From contig MCFE01000671.1 of the NCBI GenBank assembly GCA_002104905.1, forward strand, positions 1-47,645: a DNA stretch of 47,645 nt, given 5' to 3'. A program made the position numbers and the translations under genes. Below are positions 9,810 through 21,938 of the stretch, piece by piece. The stretch is from Basidiobolus meristosporus CBS 931.73. Its lineage: Eukaryota; Fungi; Basidiobolomycota. The notes under the pieces are model-generated. The model searched no databases. It saw nothing but the letters and a program-made list of their open reading frames with translations, and was not told the DNA's origin. Position 1 is the first letter of the stretch. The number at the start of each line of letters is the position of its first letter.

Positions 9810-11490
9810 AACCAATTGGGTGGAATTTGCCGGGTTGGTGGTTTTGTCCCAGTACGGTGCCTATACCAGTGAGACTTCCATCACAGTTAATAAAAAATCT
9901 TGCATCCCAATTGGGAAAATGTAACACTGGCAGTGATGTCAGGGAATGTTTCAGCTGATTGAATGCTCTCTTTTGAGGCTCCAACCGTACAAAACACTGG
10001 CCTTTTTGCGTTAACTTGTATAGGGGGGCAGCTATTGTTGCAAAGTTTATGACAAAGCGGCAATAGTAGCCAGCCAATCCTAGGAATCCCAACACTGCAT
10101 TAATATCCTTTGGTGCGGATGTATCTTGAATGGCTTTCAGGAGTGAAGTAGATGGGTATATTCCATCTGCCAAGATCTTGTGGCCTAGGAACAACAATTT
10201 TTTATACAGGAAATGTCACTTCTTGGGATGTAGTTTGAGTTGGTTCTCATGGAGGGCTGTCAGGATATGTTGCATGTTGTGTATATGTTCTTCTACATTG
10301 GGGGAATGTATTGTGATGTTGCTCAGATACACAAGAGCGCATTCCCATTGTAGATTTCCTAGCACCTTGTCAATCATCCTTTGGAATGTAGTTGGGGCAT
10401 TGCATAAGCCAAAGGGTAGTTGGTTCCATTTGTATAATCCAACCAATGTTATAAAGGTGGTTTTGGGTCAATCTTCCAGGGTTACTTCTACTTGCAATAC
10501 CCAGAGATTAAGTCAAGAGAGCTAAAATACTTAGCTCCAATTAATCTGTCCAACAGGTTGTCTATTTGAAGTAGTGGATACATGTCCTTCCTGGTGACGG
10601 CATTCAATTTTTGGTAGTCAATGTAAAAGCATTGCTTTCAGTCTTTCTTTGGGACTATCACTACAGGGGAGGCCCATGGGGACTGGCTCTCTGTAATGAT
10701 GTTGTATTTTAATAAAGTTCCAATTGTCTCTTTGATATAGTCCATGTCAATTTTTGAGTTCCTAAAGGCTTTCTGCTTGATGGGGTATTTGTTGGTGAGG
10801 TGGATTTGGTGATATACCCCAGGTATATGACCAATTACTTGGTTCTTAGAGAATACTTGGGCAAGCAGGCATATTCCTTCTAGGAACCTGTCTGGTAATG
10901 CAGGCAGTAGACCGAGGTCCACATCTAGTATGGGGAGTTCTTCTTCTGGTTCCTTGTTTGTAGGTGGTCCTTGGTTGTTTCTGTCAACTTCCTTTAGGTT
11001 TAACTATGGCACTCCTCTAGGCAATGTTGCTGTGTGTTGCCTGTTGTTAACCACTAAGCACTTCAGACCTTGTGTTTCAAATTTTGGTGGTATCCATACT
11101 TTAGGGATCAAGATTCCTTCCAGTTGCTTGGATGCCTTTGCTGCAGTTATCATTCTTCCACTTGTCAAATAAGCTATTGGTGTCTCTAATGAGATCACCG
11201 TCTCACTGGTGGGTGGTATTTCTATTGCCTTTTGTGTGATGATTGGAGACTGCAACAGTTTCACCTCTTTGATTGTCATGCTGTTGCTGCGTCAATAGGG
11301 GCAAGAATCTCCTTATTCTCTATATGTACCTTTACATATGTACCTTTATTTGGCTTTTGCAAGACCGTCTGGTTAACATGAAGAGTTGTTATCTCCTTCA
11401 ATCCCTCTATCAATTCCTTGACTAGAGCCAGGGCCAGTCCCAGTACATTGGTTATTGCAAGGGTTGCCTTGGTTTGCTCTAGTACTTTCA
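9810..11490 (-). pseudogene. pol: Gypsy-1 pol: protease, spacer, reverse transcriptase and RNase H N-terminus
   Basis: SPWASPVVIVPKKD, LPFGLCNAPTTFQR, FLGLAGYY, INCDGS motifs. Confidence 0.92.
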
Positions 11491-11759
11491 TTATGGGGAA
11501 TAGGCTGTGGGAAGACATATTAGCATTCTTTGTTTGCTGAACACTTCTTCCCAAGGCTCATTCTGTTCCTCTTCACCTAATTCCATGTTCTTTCCTTTTG
11601 ATGGAACCTCTACTACAGGTTCCTTTGCCTCCTCTCTAGAAGCATTATGTTGACGCTTCTTCTTCCGTACTTTGACTGTTCTGACAGGAGGGCTTAAATT
11701 CAATGAGTCCTGTTGGCCTCCTGGCAAGGGACACTGTCTTTTGATGCCTTCTTCTCTTT

Positions 11760-12304
11760 TGTGTCTGGTATGGGTTTTTGTCTGTGCCATTTTTCACATT
11801 TGTTGGCTTGGTGGCCTACTTCTCCACATATATAACATGGGTACTGTTGTTGCAGTTGTTCCATCTGTTTGGTCAGGGCTTGTACCTGGGCCTTTAAATC
11901 TACAACTGCATCCCAGAGTTTATCACCTTCTTTGGGGACTTCTTGGACATTGTTGATCAGGAGCTCTTGGACCTTCTGCCGTAATTCCTCTAATTTACAG
12001 TCTTTTGGGGAGGCAATTTTTCCTTTCTTACAGGGGATTGTTGTCCTTCAATCATTTGTATCACTATAGGGTAGCCCCCATGGCAAGATGACTCCTTGTA
12101 CTTGTTTGACCAACTCCTGCAACATTTTACATCCCTGTTGTTCTTTGGGTGCCCTATGTGTTATTCCATATGTCTTGCTAACTCCCTTACTTTCTTATTG
12201 TTGTCCCATCCTGCATCAACTGCAACTCTCCCAAACTTATTGAACCACTCAAGGTTGTTCTCTCTTGTTCCCTTGTACATTTTTAGTTTAGTTGTAGTAG
12301 TCAT
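11760..12304 (-). pseudogene. gag: Gypsy-1 gag with CCHC knuckle
   Basis: ATG at 12304 after the PBS; CYICGEVGHQANKC knuckle near 11790-11840. Confidence 0.75.
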
Positions 12305-12323
12305 TACCCCACTTGTGCTTATT

Positions 12324-12341
12324 TCTGCAGATATGGCACCA
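12324..12341 (-). promoter_or_regulatory. Gypsy-1 primer-binding site (TGGTGCCATATCTGCAG; tRNA-His-like)
   Basis: TGG start 4 nt from the 5' LTR; complementary to a ...GGCA-CCA tRNA 3' end as in eukaryotic tRNA-His. Confidence 0.6.
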
Positions 12342-12345
12342 AATA

Positions 12346-12929
12346 TGTGGGATATTACTGACTGTACTTGGTGCGTGGGAGAGCTTGTAAGTCAGGTCAG
12401 TACCACTTGGTTTGGAATAGCTTCCAATAGAAGGTAGCAAGGTAATAAAGACTTGTGTTTATTTTGTCCAAATCCCCTTCACATGGTTCAATTGGATACA
12501 TGTATATATCATTTGGGGGGGCTTAGATAATAGACTTGTTCCATCATTCCAGCTGATCATAGTGCCCAATAGTGCCATAGCATGCCAGATAGTGCCTGAT
12601 CATGCCACAGAGTGCCTGCTGGTGCCATACAGTGCCAATTTGGGACCAAAATTGACATGCATATGACCCTAAAATATCAAATTAATAACAAAATATACAG
12701 CACGTTCTGGCACTATGATCAATGGCACAATGGAATATGTTTAATAGACAATGTGTTATAAAATAGGGGTGTGAACACCTTCCTGTTATGGTCAGTGTTC
12801 TAACTGGATAAGGGCAGGAATAAGAGGGAGAGCACATGGGGGAATCATAGGGAGGATACTGGGGGACTTTGGGTAGGACTCTGGGTAGAACTCTTGGGCA
12901 AAGAGTGGGTACTACATTTAGTACTCACA
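12346..12929 (-). repeat. Gypsy-1 5' LTR containing a MITE
   Basis: Near-identical to 2491-2860 apart from a 214-bp insert. Confidence 0.93.
12532..12742. mobile_element. MITE (211 bp) of the AAT-targeting DNA transposon family
   Basis: Left end AGACTTGTTCCAT; degenerate right TIR atggaatatgttt; TSD AAT at 12529-12531 and 12743-12745; empty site in the sister LTR; repeated AGTGCC motifs. Confidence 0.88.
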
Positions 12930-12934
12930 AATAC

Positions 12935-15423
12935 CACCAAAATATTGGCTATTGTACACTCAGACATATGTGGCCCCATGAGAACACTGTCCTTTGGAGC
13001 CAAGAGATACTTTATGATGCTTATTGATGACAAAACAAGATATACATGGGTGTACTTCCTCAAAACAAAGGATGAAGCTTTAGAGACGTTTAAGCACTTC
13101 AAGAACATTGCAGAAACACAAACTGGGTGTAAATTGAAGGTACTACAAAGTGCAATGGACAAGAATACTGCTCAATGGAGTTTGCAAGACACTGCTTGTC
13201 TACTGGTATACTTCAGCAGACCACAGTTCCTCATACTCCACAGCAAAATGGAGTGGCAAAACATGCAAATAGAAAAATAGTATAGATGAAAAGATCAATG
13301 CTACATGACAAGGGAATGGTCTACAAATTTTGGGCTGAATCTGTTGCCACCACAGTAAATATCAAGAGCAGATGCCTAACCATAGCACTACATGAATCTA
13401 CACCCTTTGAAGCATATACAGGCAAAAAACCAGATTTCCAGCACCTCAAGATCTTTGGCAGTGATGTTTTTTATCACATCCCTGACAAAAAACTCTCAAA
13501 GTTGGAGCCAAAGAGTAGGAAAGGGAGCTTTCTTGGGTATTGTGAAGATACTAAAGGGTATAGAGTGCATGATATCAAAATTCAGAAGCTGCTCAAGAGC
13601 AGGGACGTTATATTTGAGAAGAATTCAGATTGCAAAGCCACAGAAATCATTGGCCAGCTGCCTGAGGATGCAATCAACACTAATGAAGAAGATACGTACC
13701 AAATCCAGCCAGATACAGAAGATACTTCTACCAGTTCCAGATCAGAACAGATTATCCCAGTTAGGAGATCTACCAGAGTAAAATGCCCCTGGATCCTGGT
13801 GGCAGACATACAATGAACATGAAGAAGCTTATCTTGCCTTATGTGCCAAACCTCAGAATCTGGAACAGGCAATGCAAAGTCCAGATGCCACTATGTGGCA
13901 ACAAGCCATGCAGGAGGAGAGCCAATCACAGATCAAGGCAAAAATGTGGGAACTGGTAGATTTACCAAATGGGAGAAAGCCAATAGGATGTAGATGGGTC
14001 TACTAGATCCAGATAACCTCAAATGGTGCCATTGATAAGTACAAGGCCAGATTGGTGGCTAAAGGCTATTCCTAGATCCAGTGACTAGACTTTAAGGAAA
14101 CATTTGCTCCGGTTGCCAAGTTTAACTCCATTAGGACAGTTCTAGTCCTGGCAGCTGTACACAGTCTAGATCTACACCAAATGGATGCCAAAACAGCCAT
14201 TCTAAATGGGGATTTGCAAGAAACTATATATATGGAGCAACCAGAGGGCTTTACCAATCCAAAAGACCCCATAAGGTGTGTAAACTTAGAAAATCGTGGG
14301 ATGGGCTTAAGCAGGCACCTAGAGCATGGTATAACAAGATTGATATATATCTAGAGGAAATTGGGTTCTCTTGTAGCACTACAGATCACCGTATATATGA
14401 GAAGCAGCTCAAGAAGGGTGTGATCATCCTAGTTCTTTATGGGAATGACCTAATCATAGCTACAAGTGACCAAGAGGCACTTAAACAGACAAAGTCATAT
14501 CTCTTCAGCAAGTTTGAGATGAAAGATCTTGAAAAATTGAGCTATTTTTTTGGAATTGAGGTAAAATTTGACATACCTACACAGAAAATTGTGCTGAATC
14601 ATTCCAAGTACATCAGAGACATTCTTAGATGCTTCACAATGGAAAATTGCAAACCTGCAGCTACCCCTACTGACAATCACCTGAGATTAAGCAAATTTCA
14701 GCCAGTTGTGGATGAAAACGCCTCAAATATGGACCAAAACTTTCCCTATCAATCAATGGTCAGTAGCCTAATGTACTTGATGGTGTCTACACGTCCAGAT
14801 ATTGCAGTGGCAGTTGGAATAGTCAGTCAATTCATGTAGAACTATGGATCTGATCAAATAGCAGCAGTTAAGCAAATTTTCAGATATCTACAAGGTACCA
14901 TAAACATGGTGCTGGAATACTCTGAGCAGCTAATAGGCAAAAGTTTGATGGTTATAGTGATTCAGATTGGGGTAGGGATCTGATTGACAGACGCTCTACC
15001 ATAGGCTAAGTATTTCTTTATGCTGGTGCAGCTATTACTTGGAATTGCAAGAAACAACCAACTGTGGCCCTATCTACAACTGAAGCAGAATATACGGCTG
15101 CATGTCAAACAACTAAGGAGGCTATATGGCTACAAAAATTATTCTAAGACTTAGGTTTTAATTAAGATGAACGAACATGTATTTACAAGGATAACCAAAG
15201 TTGTTTTTCATTAGCTAGAAATCCTACTAAACATGCCAGAACTAAGCACATTGATATACTGCATCACTTTGTGAGGGAAGCTGTAGAAAATAATATGGTA
15301 GAATTAGTGTACTGCCCTACTAGCAAAATGGTGGCAGATATATTGACAAAATCACTAGCTAGGCCACAATTTGAGAATCTCAGGGAGAAATTAGGGTTAA
15401 GAAATTATTTAGTTCAGGGGGAG
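12935..15423 (+). pseudogene. pol: Copia-A1 integrase, RT and RNase H (decayed), ending in the PPT
   Basis: VHSDICGP, KLEPKS, YKARLVAKG, LKQAPRAW, RPDIA, HARTKHID motifs; PPT cagggggag before the LTR. Confidence 0.93.
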
Positions 15424-15792
15424 GGTTGAAATATTGGACTTTTTGGTATCATTCTGCAGCTAAAAATTTACTTCGCAATTCTGGACTAGTCTTGGTCACT
15501 GTGGGACTAATTTACAGCTCTAACTTTGCCACTTTCTCCAGATCTATGATATTATGATTATTCCCCTGTAGTCAGGATCCAATTAGCACTAATACTAACT
15601 ATTATGTACTAACCCCAAAACTGTTACAGAATGCTCCTGAATATTGAGAAACTCTTCTTACTTAGTGTTACAGCTGAATTACTTCTACAAAGGTGTAAAT
15701 ACTGTGCTTCTATACTAATAAAAAACAGTCCAACTAGTATCACTATTTCTTGATAAGTTCCTTATATCCAAATCACTTCTTAAATTGCAACA
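15424..15792 (+). repeat. Copia-A1 3' LTR
   Basis: Direct repeat of 658-1026 (first base T>G). Confidence 0.95.
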
Positions 15793-16030
15793 GTAATAGC
15801 AGTAGTATATGTTGCAGAGATTGACAGCTTGGGGCTCATAGTATATGTCAAAGTCTTGGAGATACTGTAAGTGATTGCAAGAGCAAGCAGAGTAGGTTGT
15901 TTTTGATTAATGATTTATTGAGTATAAAAGTAGTACTGATGCTATAACATGGTCTTGGCAAAACAAATACATAGAGTATGTTTATGAGGGTCCCAAGAAC
16001 ACATGTGCAAATCTTGGGGCTGTTGGGACA
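15793..16030 (-). repeat. Copia-B1 gag start, PBS (15831-15840) and partial 5' LTR
   Basis: Reverse complement of tatgagccccaagctgtca; U5 half of the B LTR; ends at an orientation switch. Confidence 0.75.
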
Positions 16031-16207
16031 ATGTTACCCTCAAATCCCTGAGAATACTGGCCAAATTCCTGAGTGCAATTTACTTATAATACTTTTACCA
16101 TTATATTAAGCACCCAGAACATGAAAACTCTTATACTTGTCCAAACAGCCCCAAACCTTTCACAAATGCTCTTAGAACCTTCCTAAACCTACTCTGCATG
16201 TTTTGTA

Positions 16208-16556
16208 TGTTGTAAGAGTCTTGGAGATATTGCAAGTGATTGGGAGAACAAGTAGATTATGTGGTTTTCACTTAATGATTTATTGAATGTAAAAGTAGTA
16301 TTTACACTTTTACCTGGTCTTGGCATTACCAACATGAAGAATAGGTTAAGGAAGGTCCCAAGAACATGAGTGCAAGGTTTGGGGCTGTTTGGACAACTTT
16401 GAGAATTTTCATGTTCTGGGTACCTGGTATTTTGGTGAAAATATTCTAAGTAAATCCCAACAAGGAATTTGGTCAGTATTCTCTAGGATTTGAAGGTGAT
16501 GATCTAAGTGACTAAGTTAGGTAGATATTTAGGTGGAAATACAAACTTTTACAACA
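16208..16556 (-). repeat. Copia-B2 3' LTR (349 bp)
   Basis: TGTTG/CAACA termini; adjacent PPT gagtgggag on the minus strand. Confidence 0.93.
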
Positions 16557-16567
16557 CTCCCACTCAG

Positions 16568-17020
16568 CTAAATGTTCATACTGACTAGTCCTAATTTTGA
16601 CCTAAGATAATCAAACTTGTCTCTAGCTAATGGTTTGGTAAATATATCTGCAATCATTTCATCTGTAGTACAGTAAGCTAAGCTAACTAAGTTATTCTCC
16701 ATAGCTTCATGTATGAAATGATATCTAATATCTATGTGCTTGGTTCTAGCATGATAAGTTGGATTTCCACCTAATTGTATACATCCTTGATTATCTTGAA
16801 ATAAAGTAATAGGTGTTTTTTGACATAGGCCTAAATCTGTAAAGAGCTTTCTTAGCCACATTGCTTCTTTTGTAGCTTCACAGGCTGCCATATACTCTGC
16901 CTCTGTGGTGGAGAGTGCTACGGTTGGTTGCTTTCTTGAATTCCATGATATTGCTCCTTTACAGTAAAGAAAGGTGTATCCTGTGGTGGATCTTCTGTCT
17001 TCTAAATTTAGTCCCCAATC
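16568..17020 (-). pseudogene. pol: Copia-B2 RNase H / RT C-terminus
   Basis: FQDNQGC, HARTKHIDIRYHFI, ADIFTKPL motifs. Confidence 0.9.
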
Positions 17021-17369
17021 TGTTGTAAGAGTCTTAGAGATATTGGAAGTGATTGGGAGAACAAGTTGATTATGTGGTTTTCACCTAATGATTTATTGAA
17101 TGTAAAAGTAGTATTTACACTTTTACCTGGTCTTGGCATTACAAACACGTAGAATAGGTTAAGAAAGGTCCCAAAAACATGTGTGCAAAGTTTGGGGCTG
17201 TTTGGACAACTTTGAGAATTTTCATGTTCTGGGTACCTGGTATTTTGGTGAAAATATTCTAAGTAAATCCCAACAAGGAATTTGGTCAGTATTCTCTAGG
17301 ATTTGAAGGTGATGATCTAAGTGACTAAGTTAGGTGAATATTTAGGTGGAATTACAAATTTTTACAACA
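17021..17369 (-). repeat. 3' LTR of a second, nested Copia-B copy (B2')
   Basis: Near-identical to 16208-16556; followed by PPT; interrupts B2 at ccccaatc. Confidence 0.9.
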
Positions 17370-17380
17370 CTCCCACTCAG

Positions 17381-18856
17381 CTAAATGTTCATACTGACTA
17401 GTCCTAGTTTTGACCTAAGATATTCAAACTTGTCTCTAGCTAATGGTTTGGTAAATATGTCTGCAATCATTTCATCTGTAGGACAGTAAACTAAGCTAAC
17501 TAAGTTATTCTCTATAGCTTCATGTATGAAATGATGTCTAATATCTATGTGCTTGGTTCTAGCATGAAAAGTTGGATTTCTACCTAATTGTATACATCCT
17601 TGATTATCTTAAAATAAAGTAATAGGCGTTTTTTGACATAGGCCTAAATCTGTAAAGAGCTTTCTTAACCACATTGCTTCTTTTGTAGCTTTACAGGCAG
17701 CCATATACTCTGCCTCTGTGGTAGAAAGTGCTACAGTTGGTTACTTTCTTGAATTCCATGAAATTGCCCCTTTACAGTAAAGAAAGGTGTATCCTGTGGT
17801 GGATCTTCTGTCTTTTAAATTTCGTCCCCAATCTGCATCAGAGTATCCCATAAAGTGCTGTTCTGAATCCTTATAAGTGTATCTTAAGCCAATATCAGCA
17901 GTTCCTTTTAGGTATCTCAAAATCTGCTTAACTGCTGCAATATGATCAGATCCATAGTTCTGATTATATTGGCTGACAACTCCCACTGAATATGACATAT
18001 CTGGACGTGTTCCAAGCATGATATACATCAGACTGCCAACTATAGATTGATAAGGAAAGTCAGGGCTTTCAGATGGCACCAAGCTCTCTTGATTTGGTTG
18101 AGTTTTGACCAAGTTAAGGTTTGTCTCCATTGGGGTGGCTGCCGGTTTACAGTCTTCCATTTTGTACTTCTTTAGTATATCTTGAATATACTAGGATTGG
18201 CTTAGGGTAATAGTCTGGGTACTTCTGTCTATGGAGAACTTAATCCCTAAGTAGTAACTAAGTTCTCCTAGATCGGACATCTTGAACTCCTTAGATAGGC
18301 TGGATTTAGTCTCTTCCAATGTTTCTAGGTTGTTGGCGGCTATAATAAGATCATCCACATATAGAGCTAATAGAACTGGATTTGCTCTATCTGGCTTATA
18401 GTATATACTATAGTCAGCATCACTTCTTTTGAAACTCAAAGATTCCAAATAAGAATCTATCATGCAATTCCAGGCTCTTGGTGATTGTTTGAGACCATAT
18501 AGTGACTTTTTAAGCTTGCAGACCAAATGGGGGTTATTTTGGTCAACAAACCCATCAGGCTGGTCCATATAACATCCTCATCAAGTTCTCCATTCAAAAA
18601 TGCAGTTTTTACATCCATTTGATGAATAAAAAACTTATATTTTGCTGCAATAGCCAAAATTAATCTGATGGAATTAAACTTGGCTACCGGTGCAAAGGTT
18701 TCAGTATAGTCAAGTCCTTTTGTCTGAGAGTATTCTTTGGCTACAAGTCTTGCTTTGTATCTTTCAATTGTACCCTCAGCCTTGTATTTTGTCTTGAAGA
18801 CCCATCTGCATCCAATTGATTTTCGGTTGATTGGTAATTTGACTAAGTCCCAGGTT
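17381..18856 (-). pseudogene. pol: Copia-B2' RT-RNase H, truncated at the RT start
   Basis: QMDVKTAFLNG, LKQSPRAW, LYVDDLII, YSDADWG motifs. Confidence 0.92.
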
Positions 18857-19249
18857 CTCAGTGGTTAATTGGTCCAAAAGGATCCTGAAGCTGGCAGCCC
18901 CCAATTGGCTCATTGACTACTAAAAAAGCTACCTGATTTGCCATCAAATATCCCATTTTGCTCATTGAGCAAGTAAATCCCTGATCCTAGTGATTGGACA
19001 AGGTGTCATAGCCAGCACACAAGCGATTTTGTAGGTGCAAAACAGATCCAATAGCTGCAGTGGTATTACAGATGACGTATATATATGCAGGATGTTTATT
19101 TATAGCGGTTCTGTCTCAAATGTGAGACGACCTTGATATTACTTATATCAAAAATTTGATGATCACTGATTTGCAATGGCTTGATTTGGATTGCAAAAAA
19201 AATGGGTTGTCAGGATCATTACAAATTTGAGCAATTCAAAGCAATCGCA

Positions 19250-20512
19250 TTATCTTCTGCTGGGTTTTTTTCTCACAGGGATTACTACTGAAGCATTTGG
19301 TAGTGACTCACTTTGCACACCTATACTACTTCCTGGCTGACTATCATCTTGGCTACTTGTGTATTTGTAGTCAGTATTTTGCCTCCTAGTTGATGAGTGC
19401 AATGCTACAGCTTGGCCGCGCTGAGTTGCTCCGGCTGAACCAACTGAACCGGCCTGTAGTGCCACGCGCTGACGCGTTCTTTTACTTGCTAAGGGCTCTG
19501 GTGGTTGAGGCACTTCATGTTGGTCATCATCAGTCAGTTTACCAGAAGTAACTTGCTGATGGTCAGGTGAAGCAGCACGCGCAGGTGTGCCTTGATGCGT
19601 TGAGATGGCCCTTGGCTGAGTTTGATGTGATGCTGCAAGTTGACGCAACTTGGTCCGCTCCAATGGACTCGTGTCTAAATGAGCAGTTTGGCAAGTTCTC
19701 ATAGTTTTGCTCTGAAGCGCGTGCGTTGACCCAACACGCGTTGACTCGATGCGCGTTGACTCAATGCGGGGCGTTCTGGTAAAGGGTGTTGGCGTACTCT
19801 GGACTGACGTGCGCCGGTGTGCTGTGATTGCAAGAGATGGTAGGGAATCTAGAGAGGCGTGCTAGCGCAATCTGGACAACGTTGCTTGCGGTCTGTATTC
19901 TTCCTCCTGAAGCTCACCATCTGATTCCTCAAGGTATTCACTTACCCTCTGTCTGATACTTTGGAGCTGTTGCCTGGATGAGTCCTGTGTATATTGCTCT
20001 TGGAAGCCCCTTAGCTCTACTAATATATAACGTAGTACATTAGTCATTTGAGGCAAAAACTCATTCAAAATCTCTTTGGTTCCCAAAGTTGAGGCACAAA
20101 CAGACACGTCCGGCCTGTACTGTGCAAATTGCGCGTGAAATTGCTCCCACGCGGCTTCTTTGTCAAATCCCCTCACTCTCAGCTCATTCTTAATTTCAAT
20201 ACTTGTCTTGTTATATATCTTTTTGCATACATTGGCTGGCATCTTGATGTAGAACTCATGCCACAGCTTTCTACTCAAATTCTTCCATCTGTGTTGACTC
20301 TCTGAGGTATCTAGCTCTGCTAGATTAATCAGTAGTGCCCAAATATCTGTATGAAGGCTCATCATAGACACTTGGGCCATACTAAAATCATTTGGCAAGA
20401 ACTCAAATGGATCCAACATCAACTTTTCCGGTCCGGACCGCGCTTGTGAGCTGGGGGATGGATTTTGTCTGGGTTGTACTAAAGATGAGTTGAGGCTTGG
20501 TATGGGGACCAT
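19250..20512 (-). pseudogene. Transposon ORF2 (Myb/SANT-like), copy 2
   Basis: 216-aa ORF plus 3' ORF 19250-19702; internal TAG at 19862-19864. Confidence 0.6.
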
Positions 20513-20871
20513 AGCAACGGATTTGGATACTTATACAGCAGTATATTGGCATCAACCTGGTCTTATGTGAAATATATATGAAAACTAATGTGATTGTTGA
20601 ATTTTCCATATATTACGCATGATGCATCTTAGATCGCGTTGACACGGATCAGATCAGATCAATTGCAGATTTCCTATCTGATTATAGACCTATGATTAAA
20701 GCATCAATAAAAGTACCAAGGCATTGTTTGCGGATGATATTTGAGACATAATGATGGGATACATGGCAATTGATGGAGATTTAACCATAATGTATTAAAA
20801 ATCAGATAAATAACGCGGATTGTGCCATATCAATTCAAACCGCCTTTATACAATCCTCCACCAATTTTAAT

Positions 20872-21755
20872 ATGACTTACTCATCTGAATGGTCTTTTCT
20901 CATCAATCCCATCACTACCACTGGATTTCCTTTGACACACTAGAGGAGATCTATTCCAAGTACTGTGGACCATCAACCCCAATCTACTCAAGGAGATCCC
21001 TTGTCAAGCTTCTCTGCTATTACAAGAACTATTGCCTTACAAGGTTTCATCCCACCATCCATGGCAACAAAAGTCCTAGAAGCTTTCATTCCCAGCTGAC
21101 AGCAATGGAGAACCACCTTGCAGAGGGTATGAATGACTTAGAGCAAGCTTGGAATACTAGGTTCAGAAGCTCCAATTGACTTCCATATCCCAGAGTGTTC
21201 GGCAACAGGTTCCATATCAGGAGTATTTTGGATACCTTCCCAGTGAGGATTAACAGACCTTCTAGAGGGCAGAGGCACTTTTATTCTGGCAAGTACAAGG
21301 CACACTGTGTGAAGTTTCAAGCACTGTCTGACATTGAGGGTAACATCATCTGGTTTAGTGGGCCATTTGCTGGAAGTAAGCATGACAAAGCACTCTGGGT
21401 AGAGAATCATCCTGAATTCAGTAGAGGGGAGAAATGTATGGCAGACTAAGCCTATATAGGAGAGGATTGTCAGAGATTAGGATGTATTACAGCTTATAGG
21501 AAGCCAAGGAATGGTGTGCTTAGCAGGAAGCAGAAGCTCTACAATGAGATATTTAATCATTTCAGAGTGAGGGTAGAGCACACATTTGGATATCTGAAGA
21601 GATTCAGCATATTGGCAGGTAAATACAGAGGAAAGTCATATATAGGAGAAAACAGCAGAATAGGTAAAATAGTTAAGATACTTATTAAAGCACAGTATGT
21701 TCATACAAGAAGACATCCACTGAGTGAAATGTGTCTGGAGCATTATGAAGAGTAA
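20872..21755 (+). pseudogene. DDE_Tnp_4-type transposase, copy 2
   Basis: Same motifs as copy 1; early frameshift, TGA at 21177-21179 and TAA at 21447-21449. Confidence 0.9.
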
Positions 21756-21938
21756 ATAAAGCAAGGAAAGCACTATTCTGAGCAACATAAGTAAGATTGA
21801 GTAAAATTATCAGTAACTGTATCATACCACTGGCATCATGGTAGAAATTATAGTGCCAGATAGTGCCGCAGAGTGCCAGATCAATCCAGCACCATAAACA
21901 GGCTGGCACTATGTGGCACTATCCAACGGAACAAGTCT

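Larger units (their letters stand above)
2491..12929 (-). mobile_element. Ty3/gypsy LTR retrotransposon Gypsy-1, inserted in the Copia-A1 pre-integrase region
   Basis: TSD AATAC at 2486-2490 and 12930-12934; paired 370-bp LTRs; gag-PR-RT-RH-IN on the minus strand; Copia-A frame rejoins across the TSD. Confidence 0.93.
658..15792 (+). mobile_element. Ty1/copia LTR retrotransposon Copia-A1 (~4.7 kb net), interrupted by Gypsy-1
   Basis: Paired 369-bp LTRs; 5-bp TSD GTAAT at 653-657 and 15793-15797; PBS, gag-PR-IN-RT-RH order and PPT. Confidence 0.95.
18857..21938. mobile_element. PHIS/Pangu-like DNA transposon copy 2 (inverted relative to copy 1; one end deleted)
   Basis: Near-identical to 4981-~8840; intact TIR ...ggaacaagtct followed by ATT, inside the Copia-B2 5' LTR. 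Confidence 0.9.

Noticed and set aside
12541-12640. CRISPR-like repeat-spacer array (AGTGCC units; also the repeated LTR-B blocks)
   Set aside because: Units are 6-7 bp with tiny spacers inside a MITE; the long repeats are LTRs; no cas genes
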